A stretch of DNA of 56,383 nucleotides, the filler included, from Sphacelaria rigidula (lineage: Eukaryota), in NCBI GenBank assembly GCA_964200075.2. It is 4 parts of 4 records of this genome, joined end to end, with 100 filler letters (N's around TTAATTAATTAA, not from the genome) between each part and the next. Parts side by side here need not be neighbours in the genome. Positions count along the whole stretch, not along the records: positions 42,365 to 56,383 come from CAXNAA020002511.1; 3 more parts are not named here. One strand, written 5' to 3'. A program made the translations under genes and the position numbers. The notes under the pieces are model-generated. The model saw only the letters and a list, made by a program, of their open reading frames with translations. It was not told where the DNA came from and did no database searches. Positions 46,601-56,383 of this stretch are shown here, piece after piece; positions within the stretch are counted from its first letter, which is position 1; every line of letters begins with the position of its first letter.

Positions 46601-49600
46601 CAAAGACGGCATATGCGCGAAGGATACGCGCGATTGGGCCCCAGACTTCCCTACAACATGGCCACAAGCGATTTGGAGGTACCGTCCATGCGCCCTCAAA
46701 TCGGCTACACAGCAGCCCAGACTTGCGCACTACAGACAAATGCATATATGCACGCGTAGATGCACAAACTTAGACATGTTGAACAGCTGGGCGGCCGGTG
46801 TGGTAGCAAACTGACATAGGTCTGTACTGCGACCCTTTCTGGATCATGACTAACTACCGATCGCCATACAGTCTGTAGAGCTGTGCAGTTCACGACGCAC
46901 GACCCTACGCGCGTTGTAGCCGCTGCGAGATGCTCAAACTTCGCTCGTATGTTTTGCGAACAAGTGTCAACAGTGCCACGTCGCTATATATGGTGCTGTG
47001 CGCTGCAGCAGTGCGCAATAGAGGGAAAAGCGGTCAAATTATGTTCCGTTTTTTTTTTTGCGCAACGATGTAAGTGTTCACATTGCTCCGTTACTACAAT
47101 GTTCGCAGATATAGTTTAGGACAAATGATCAACGCCCTTTCGGCAGGAAGGGGGCGAGCACACGATAAGACAGGTTAATCGACTCGATTTGCTGCGTTTG
47201 ATGTGCACAGCTTGCTATGCCTACCCTAGTTATGAGACCGCCCGCATACATGATTCGTCGTGGAAGATGACATGAAATCGCACGAAATACAACCCCACAA
47301 GAAGAAAGACTGCGGGAGCGACATATCCACCCGATCAATGCCACGTCGTGCTAACTGCACCGCGGAACCCCGATCATTTGCAATGCTGCTACACGCGATC
47401 ACGAACGTATCAGCGTTGAAAATACTTTTGTAGCTTCTTGCTCGTCCAAGATAGCGTACGCAGCATCACCACAACAATGTCGCCTGCACGAAAAACATCC
47501 TCTTCATCACAAACAAGAGCCGCTTGGCCATCATCCATTTCATACTCATGGTTGAACGTGCCTTCACCATGACATTCCTTCTTCAAAATACACATGCTGT
47601 CAAGGATACGCATTAGATTTCAGTAGGAGCAAATTTCGGCCGGCAAAAGGAGACGTACCGGGAGCAACAAGCGGGCGAGAACATGACGGATAAAAGTGTC
47701 CAGTAGTTAGTAGCCAAGGCAACGAAAAAACACAGCAGTAACACAAAATACTTATCAAAACACGAAACACCCACCGGAAGCAAAGAAAGAAGAAGATCGT
47801 CGGGGACGATTCCGGTCTCCCTCAGCTGGGAAACAAGCGTGCACAGCCGTCCCCACTCCCGGTTATCCGCCAGCCTCTCCAGAAAGTTCACAGTCACCGT
47901 GCCTCGCACCATGGCTTCCACTCCCCACAATGTATCACACAAGCACTCCATAACAGACCTGGCTTGTAGCTCCATTTCCCTCTCTCCCGGAGTCACCGCT
48001 GCCGCAATATCAACGCCACCGCTGGTGCTCGACTCTAATTTTTCGCCATCCCCCTCTTTTTTTTCTGTCGCCGCCGCCGCTGCTCTTCCACCTGGAGACA
48101 GCTTGTTCTCGAACGGTACATCGGAGGCTAGGTAGTTGACTACTGTTTCCGCTGGCAGGGCGCCGTTAACCACGCGCCAGGTCAGCTCCGAAAATAGCTC
48201 CGATAGTCGTGGGATAGGGACTCTGTTCGAGCAAATCGCAAACATGAATAATGACATGGGTTGCTTGAAGTTGCGTATATATATTATATAAGCGATTGAC
48301 GAAACATGGGGTATGGTACAGTAGTTGTTGGTACAGGATGCACAGAAGAACGAGTTGGCGGTGATGTCTTGGCGTTTCCGTGAACTGCAGGCATATAATA
48401 TTCGTCGTTATCAAATCCTCACCCTTTTTTCAGGCGAGGGCAAAGCCAGTCCTTGTCGGCTCAAGTCGAGAACGATCAAAGCGAGCCGTATCGATCTTCA
48501 CATCACTAGGTCTAGTAGTATTGGTGCCATACGCTCAAATGGTCCAGGACGTTGAGATCGCTCATTTTCCAGGATCTGGCTTTCAAGACGCAAATCTCAG
48601 CGATCTTCACTACAAGAGCACACATGGCCGAACACCTCGAATCTTGCCTATTTTCTAGTCTTTCTCGTTTTCTTCGTTCTCCCTCCCCTCTCTTTTCTTC
48701 TCTCAAGTTTGTTGTCTGCCCTTCTATTCGATATTTCTCCTTCCTCAATCTTCCTTCAGCGAGTGTGGCAAGTTACTTCGTCTCGGTTCGTCATGTGGTG
48801 ACCACAGATGTTTTTGTAGAGAATCAGTTCAATACGACAATCAATCGACTATTCAATTGATGACATTCACACATGATACTGAAAATTCTGCGAAGCGGGC
48901 GTCCATGGTGAACAGCTGGATCTCAGGTGTTCGACACACCCTTGGCTAGCAATTATTGCACTGATCTACACAAAACAACGACCACATACTTGCGGAGAGC
49001 GGCGCCCATGAAGAAAGGCAGCAATAAAATTACAGCACGACTTTCCAATATTTTCGTTCGTTTCACTGGTTTCGGGTCCAGAGAGATTTCGCAGAACACA
49101 ACGAAAAAAGGCGCGGCGAAAGGTGCCAACCAACGGGGAACGATACGTCCCATGTCAGATATGTTCACGTTCATTACGATACAAGCCTCCCAACTCAACT
49201 GCTGATGGCCCGGGCCGTAACTCTCAGTGAATCAATTTGCGATATGCTTAGTTCTATGTCAATTGCCAACAGTTATTGAAGCACATCTGCACTGGTGACC
49301 AAGTTCAACACAGACTGCTGTTCGTAACCCAATATCGTACGAACTCTTACGAAATAAAGTGCCTCTTCCTGAGGTGGACAACGGCTCACATCTGAAGGTG
49401 TCATGCATCTGCCTTGAGAGTCTGTGACCACTGACCGTTGAAATCGAGGCAATACATCATTTGGCACAGTGCAGCAGTGCCCTCCACATCCGTCTCGGCC
49501 ATCATCCCACTCCCACCTTCCTCGACCAGACTCCCCATGTTCCGATCAGCCAGTCAGCATATGTAGGGAGGATATGAAGTGTCTCTCATTTCACCAAAAC

Positions 49601-51984
49601 TACCGGGATCACACAACTACCGTCTGTGCCATTGGAAAGATTTCGTTAAAAATCTGTCCTTTTCACACTTCTCCTTCTGTAAGAAAATCGAAGCAGTATA
49701 TTTGTTTTCCCATGAAGCGAGCGTGGGGTATGACACAAGATAGGATGCGACTGTACTCAGAAGTTAACCTTTTGACCACCAGGATAGGCCATCTAGGTCT
49801 TGCGGTCATTTTTCAGGTGAATATTATACCGATTCTGCGCATGACCTCTCCTAGCGGTCAAAGGGTTAAGTTGCCATTCTTGTACCGCAGGAGTCGAGCA
49901 AGGACATCTTTGCGCGGTACTTTGATAAATTCTACGTTGCTACAGTACACGGGTGTCGAACGTTCGAGATGTCCGACGCCGCATGGGTATGGGACCAAAC
50001 TTTTTTCTCAGGGTGGTGTTGGCAGCATCGCACATGCCTCAAGGCCCGTTTGAACGAGACAAGGAAAATGAGAACGCGCGGTCACAGTGAGGGTCGTTCT
50101 GGCGGTTTTGGTGGTGTTTTCCTTGTTTTTTTTGCCCGTCCGACGGCTTAAGAGCTGATGGGCAACAAATTGGAACGAAGAAAAAAAAAGCCCCGTCATA
50201 ATCACCCTCACTCTCACGGAGCGTTCTCACTTTTTTGTCTCGTTAAAGCACGGTCTTAGCGGAGAGTGCTCGAGGATGGTCAACAGTCAAGGCAACATAT
50301 TAGACCCCAGTTCGTTGGGCAATGTTTGTCGGCTAGCGGTGAGCAAACCAGATCAATTCTCTGATTTTCTGGGCGTCGACGTTCGATACATGACCGTTCT
50401 GCTGAAATCGGCACACTCCTGCACCTCCCCCGATTTTTTCAAAAAAAATCGGGGGAGACGCGGTAGTGTCCCGATTTGGGCAGAAAGGTGGTCAACCGAA
50501 AGTCAACTTCCAGATAATCGGAGAATTGATCTGGTTTGCTCACAGCTAGCCGACAAACATTGCCCAACGGACTGGGGGCCGAAAAGTCAATCCACGCGAG
50601 AAAATCGCCTGTAGACGGGCTGAAATCCTCGTATTTGTACAAATCCAGATTCGTTGCCATAAAGGTGGGTCTGAGGCCGGATGTTATGGCACACAGATTT
50701 TTGGCACACAGATTTTTGGCCCACGGATTGTTCACCTTTGGGACGTTTGACTCCCCCTTTGACCCCCAAACAGGGTAAATCACCAACACGCGTCTTGAAA
50801 CACTTCGCATCACCCCACAGAGGGGAGCCCAGCCCACTTTTCAGATTCGCTTGGCTCCGAGGTTTCGAGATTGGCCGCTGAACAAAAAATCGTGTGCAAA
50901 AATCTGTGCTTGCCGACCCCCGCCAGTTTGCCGAATAATCTGTAGAGATGGCCTCAGATTTTGTTGCACACGGATTTTTGTTCAGCGGCCAATCTCGAAA
51001 CCTTGCAGCCAAGCGGATCTGAAAACCTGTGGGGCGATGCAAAGCGTCTAAGACGTGTATTGGCGATTTTTCTCGTGTGGGGGTCAAAAAGTGGCTCAAA
51101 CGCCGTAAAAGTGAACAATCCGTGGGCCAAAAATATGTGTGCCATAACATCCGGCCCTAGTAACGGAACATATACTCTCATTTCGTCGCTGTTGATCGGG
51201 TAGATGACCCCTCGATTCTCGGGTCTGAGCGAGATTTACGTTATTCTTCCCGCCGAAGATTTCCTGGAAACAATAATGGTTGACTTTGCGAGCATCATCT
51301 CTAGTGAAAAACAGGACGTGTACAACGGTCGAAGGGTCACCTCCTCGGCCACCAGGGTAGACCATGTGATATTCCATCCATGCTTTTGAGCAAAAATGGC
51401 GCCGATCGGGGAGATGACCCACCCTGGCGCTGAAGGTCAATCTTGCAACCGCCCTCACAACCACCCCTTTCCCCTCTCGGCACCCCTGGCAGCTGGATAT
51501 CCTCGTGACAATCACAGCCGGCGAAGATGTTCCGAGATGAGGCTGCCGGTCAATGAATTGAGGGGGTATCATCTATGCCAAGTGCTGCGTTATTCTACTA
51601 TTCAGTAAAACAGCAAAGAAAGCCATGGTTCGAATAGTGTCACAAAACTACGCAGGCTATACCAGAGCACAAGGATCTTCAGCAGCTAGCATTCGTCCTG
51701 TTGTGAAAAGATGACGCCTGTGCGGCAAAGTGTTTTGTACTACTACTACAATGTCTTTGAATGTCGAATACTGCATCTCACCTCATACCATCTTCATCGC
51801 CATCAACCCCGGCTTCCGTGCACTCCGCGGTCAGCAGTTGTTTCTCGGCTTCTCGAAACAACTTGCTGATGTTCTCAGGAGGCAGTTCATGCTTGGAAGC
51901 CAGCCACGCCTGCACCTCTCCATGCACCAGCACCGTGTACACTTGCTGGAACTTGTCCACCACATCGTGCTCAGTGTTTGCCAT
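43609..51984 (-). CDS. THOC2: THO complex subunit 2, N-terminal 369 aa, 3'-partial; exons 51984-51782, 48222-47775, 45409-45320, 44780-44611, 43804-43609
   Basis: Spliced sequence includes KNTELVYKQHRFNLQREETEGFAKLVVLL...RRLIGYFDLDPNRSLDLTLDALE...DVVGFKLRHY, matching the THOC2 hallmark YKQQKFNLLREENEGYAKL...IGCFNLDPNRVLD...ILGFK. Junction phases (2,0,0,2) are consistent; the gene runs off towards the contig end at 42365. Confidence 0.93.
49768..49865. mobile_element. 98-bp piggyBac-type MITE
   Basis: TTAA|CCTTTTGACCACCAGGA ... TCCTAGCGGTCAAAGGG|TTAA; same length and TIR style as 31896-31993. Confidence 0.75.
50305..50662. repeat. Palindromic (foldback) repeat centred near 50440; right arm also present at ~28620-28820
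   Basis: CCCCAGTTCGTTGGGCAATGTTTGTCGGCTAGC... pairs with GCTAGCCGACAAACATTGCCCAACGGACTGGGG; the 28.7-kb copy shares ...TTTGTACAAAT..AGATTCGTTGCCATAAA. Confidence 0.8.
50675..51156. mobile_element. Foldback/MITE element with ~230-bp inverted arms
   Basis: Starts GGCCGGATGTTATGGCACACA, ends TGTGTGCCATAACATCCGGCC; arms pair through to CAGATT at ~50905/50955. Confidence 0.85.
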
Positions 51985-53399
51985 CGGCGATGCCTGTGTC
52001 GCCGAGGAAGCTGAGCGAGCTCACGGGGTGATGTAGCGCCCCGAGTTTACAGGATAATGAAACAAAAAACACTGTTCAGCTCGTTGCGAGTCGAGGCATA
52101 GATTGAAGCAAACTCTATCGGGTTGCCAATCTCCAGGATCTACTCAGATGTGACTCGCGCCTCGGGGATACTGTACAGCACTGCAGAAAGGGTAGGTTCG
52201 GGAAAACCCCTGTGGGGGGTATGACCTGAATGCCCAGGAAAACAATCGTTTCACCTCGTTGTGCTCTTTGATACTAGCTTTCACGTAGCGTGAAGCGCAA
52301 TGATAACTGCTTGTGCTAAACTACCACCATTCCAGATAACTCGGCTCGACTATTACACATCCCCGCGCAGCCTCCACCAGAGCACGAAGTACCATGTTTG
52401 CGGACGTACGTAGTTTTGTTTTGACAACGGGAACTCAAGAGAGTCCAACTGGATCGAAAATAATCAAGCCCATGAAGTCAAGTCATACACATCACGAAAC
52501 CAAAGAATTATTATGGTGAAATATGCTGTGTTGTCATAACTCTTTCCTCCAAAGAGAGAAAGATTGCAGGAAGAGAGTGTACCACCTCCTCGATCAGTTG
52601 GCTTTAACGAACTTTGTCTCTATCGCTGTTCTAATGTGAGTTATTGAGAGGGAGGAGATTCTGGAAAACAACACGTTGCTAGTACGTAGATTCAACCAAG
52701 ACGGATATACAAGTACAACAGTAGCAGGATACAGCTGGAGACCGACGATCTGCGCTCGAACATGCTGCAGAGACCGGACAGTACCAGCCGCGGGATATCG
52801 AAATTTCGCTCTACATGTCCACCATGATGCGATGGAGAGATTGGAATTTTGTTCATCCACGCGGTAAGATACAAGGACGAGTCGTTGCCAGATGGACCCC
52901 GGTCCAAATAGCTCCAAGATGTACCCCTTTGGTCTGACACGAGCCAAGTTTGCTCGACCTGTGTTACCCCCAGTTTAGTGTCACGCTCGTCATCACCACC
53001 CCAAAAAGTAAGACGCGATGGAGTGAAAGAAGTGGGAAGAGCATGAGATCACAGTGGTGGCGATTTTCAGCTGTAGAAAGTATCTTAAGCTATGTCCTCA
53101 TTGCAGTCTGGCTCAATTGCACCCAGTCCAGCTCACAATCCAGCGATGGATATCCCTCCCAAAGCAGCTCAGTTACCATTTGTACGTGTACAGGCGAAAA
53201 AGTCATTTTCCAATATACCCACCTGACACGCGATAGAATATATCTGACTACTGACGAATATCACCCAGCCCAAACTCCGTAGGCAGGTACAACTAGCTAC
53301 TAGCCGTCGTTCAAGATCAATAGAGCTCCAATTGACTGTCGGGATAGTGCAGTATATGCGGTGGATGATTTGCACAGTATAGAGCTCCAATTGACTGTC

Positions 53400-53735
53400 G
53401 GTACCCGCTTGATCGGATATTTTCAAACTCATACCTACAATACCCATGACACCAAGGTATTTCGAGATACCAGTACCTACCGTACCCGCTCAGTCAGGTA
53501 TTTTCAAATGTCGTACCTACGATACCTACGAGACCACGGTTTTTCGAGATACCAGTACCTACCGTACCCGCTCATTCAGGTATTTTCAAAACTCATGCCT
53601 ACTATGTCACGGTATTTCGTGATTACAGTACCTACCGTACCCGCTCAATCGGGCATTTTCAAAACTCATACCTACGATACCCACGTATACCACAGTATGG
53701 GATACCCCGCTAAATACTGGGGGTATACCCGGTAA
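53400..53735. repeat. ~80-bp subrepeat array; related copy at ~54617-54885
   Basis: GTACCCGCT recurs at 53401, 53482, 53563, 53637 with GGTATTTTCAAA and CAGTACCTACC motifs. Confidence 0.8.
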
Positions 53736-56383
53736 ATGCCGGACGCGATGCACTCCCCACGGTGCAGCAGCTGGCCCCAACTACAATACGCTAAGGCCAG
53801 AAATTGTCGGAGCAGGTACGTCTTGTTTTCACAAGTAATGTACACTCAGGTTCCCCCTGGTGTTCGTATTTGGATCAAATCAGATGGGCTTACTATCATG
53901 TAGTCTGATGTTCTTGGTAAATGGATATGAATATTATATCATCGTTACGGTGCTATACATTGTTTTATCATTCATGTCGAAGATGAACATCATACACAAT
54001 AATATTCCACGTGCAAACAAGCAGAGAGAAAAAAACGAAGAGGAGGAAAAACAACGAAACATATTAAAGGACCGCAGGAGGCATACAAAATGGACAACGT
54101 TGCATATATACACACATATATATATATACCGTAAATACTGCGCAATTTCCGGGTGCTCTAAAAGAAAACATACAACTACATTGAGAGGCAAACCGTGCTC
54201 TTACGTACTGCTGCACCTGCTCTTACGTACTGCAATGCCTTAGTGCCACAAGTTACAGCGCTACCCCCTCGAAATGATATTCGAACCATGGAATTTCAAC
54301 TTTGCACTTTCTACTGCTCTATTTTCAGAGTGCTTTAGTCTCTGCGCCCACGTCAACCACCACAAAAATCACCACGCGGTACTCATGGTCGATCCATGGA
54401 TTGGGTGTCTCACTCTGTCAGCTGATTTCAACAATCCAGCAGGTGGTCAGGGCGAAGAGCATGAAAAACAAGAAAAATCATGCAAAAGCGTTGTGCGCTC
54501 GTGTGCGGGTGGGGGTGGGGCTGCCTATCTTGGGCACCTAAAAATTTAACTGCCCAACTTGCAGAGGGATCTGCAACACTTCTCCCCACTGCCGGGTGAC
54601 AACTTTGAAATTGGTGCAGAGGGTAAGGCAGATACCCGGTACTGGTATTTGGGACACATTATACCTTACCGATACTGACCCAATCGGGTATTTTCAAATG
54701 TCATGCCTACAATTTCTACAGTACCTACGATACCACGGTATTTTGATATACCAGTACCTACCGTACCCGCTCCATCGGGCATTTCCAAAACTCATACCTA
54801 CGATACCCACGCATAACACGGTATGGGATACCGCGATAAATACCTGGGGTACGCTCGGTACGGTACCTTGCCTACGGTTCCCGTGATGATCTGTACTTTA
54901 CCTCAATATTTTCATCAGCGGCAAAGGTCTCCGCCGCCAGAAACCGGAGGACTGCAGGTATGCGTCTTACCTGCACAGAACCATGCGGTGCCTCTGCAGC
55001 TCCCGTGTGTATCGAGATATTGTCATCTTGGGTGGGGGGTGGTATAGTATGTGAGATGCGGCAAGGCCCCTACCGATTATGCTGGTTTCGGCCGCTTCTT
55101 ATGGGGCTTGAATGCGTCACCTCCATCACTTGGTAGGCCAACAGGGGTTGTCATCAACGGGGCTGTTTTACTTCAAACTTTTACGACTTTTTCAGAAAAA
55201 TGTTTTTTTCCCCTCCGAAAGATATGACTGCAGATTTCCCAACCAGATCAGCGAATGGAACGATTTGAGACCGAATTTCATCCAAAAATCTAGCGTTCAT
55301 TTTGTTTTTTTTAAGTTCGAAATTCGCCCCAAAAAATCGAAATTTCTGAACAAATAAAGTGCTGTTAATAATCACCATCAGAGTTGTCAATCGCGAGGAA
55401 GCCTTGTCTGTTCCCTACATCGTACGCCCGGGCTGGCTTAAAAGGAGCGCGAAAGCATTCTGCTTCGCCAGCGCTGACCCCCCTGTGCTTTCGTCCAAAG
55501 AAGACCTGGTTATCTTAGTACTCGTCTCAAGTCCGCTGCAACTCCAACCCTCTCGCTAACTTGTCGCTACCTTCACTCTGGCTCTGCTCCACGACTAGGT
55601 GTTATTCTCCTTCTATTTCTCCCTTCCTCTCGCCCGCTTTCTTCTCTTCCTCTTTAGTCTTTTGACCTCATCTTGACTAGCCTGCCCATCTGTGTGGCTG
55701 TCCCCACTCCTCCACTCATGGCTGTCATCAAGACCATCGCCAGTGCCATCTGCGTTAAACCTTACCACCTCGCAGCCCCCCTTCAGGCTGCCGTCGCCCA
55801 TTCCGTGAGTTTCCCATCATTGTGTCCGCCGTCTTGTGGGCATCAGGTAAGTGTTGGGACGTTCCTTCTACAAACCCACGTTCTCAGATGTATGTCCACG
55901 CATCAGAAGTGGCGAAGGGACGCAAAATGGCGCATTCGGCTCAAAACACTCTTGCTCAGGAGGTCCCTCCTTGGAAATCCTCAGACGATCCCTGCTGGCG
56001 CTTCCTTACCGCCTTCGGTGGCCACTATTTTACGCTGATAACTGTGTAGCGCGAAAGTGACGATACGAGGGAGGGCAGTTGCCCATTGCGTAGGGTGTAT
56101 GAATCCACACGTTGAACGCGTCATTGTGAAAAATACGGACGAGTCATGACTTTGGTCTTAAGAGGCGTTGAGACGAGTGAGGACGAGTCGGACTCGACTC
56201 ATGAGAATATTTGGGGAAAATTATCCAGACTTGTCATCGCGGTGGATGATGATTTGTATGACTCAAGCCGTTGATTGATTGATCGATTATCTCACATTGG
56301 CTGATTGCAACAGTCCAGCCCGTGGTCAGGAGCAGCAAAAATAGAACAGAATAATAAAAAAATACAATAGAGAAAGAAAGGAA

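Noticed and set aside
55380-56060. Short ORFs with a basic KRLKRKRRKR stretch
   Set aside because: Interrupted by stops, no recognisable domain and no consistent exon chain.

Overview
Eukaryotic, TE-rich DNA with long introns; the gene and repeat style suggests a brown alga (Phaeophyceae), but that is inference. The window is four contigs joined by artificial 100-nt spacers (N44-TTAATTAATTAA-N44 at 14023, 28145 and 42265), so adjacency across them is not biological evidence. Three spliced genes were reconstructed by hand with phase-consistent GT-AG junctions: (1) a complete 4-exon NYN/LabA-DUF88 PIN-fold nuclease gene (+, 1066-8917, 633 aa); (2) a 5'-truncated dual-specificity phosphatase with a split, degenerate YVH1/DUSP12-type zinc domain (+, 29031-41816); (3) the 5' part of THOC2 (-, 51984-43609). 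The main accessory feature is a full-length but decayed ~8.2-kb tyrosine-recombinase retrotransposon (Ngaro/PAT-like, - strand, ~16402-24614). It has gag zinc knuckle, RT (WIDD), RNase H and YR remnants, and an A1-ORFs-B1A2-B2 split-direct-repeat layout with an ATACGT core at both ends. It also carries a 3' hairpin, a 72-bp codon-periodic tandem array and a multi-helix GNRA-capped structure abutting the 5' repeat. Other elements include a PIF1 helicase fragment, pogo and hAT transposase remnants, tRNA-derived SINEs, piggyBac-type MITEs and foldback elements.
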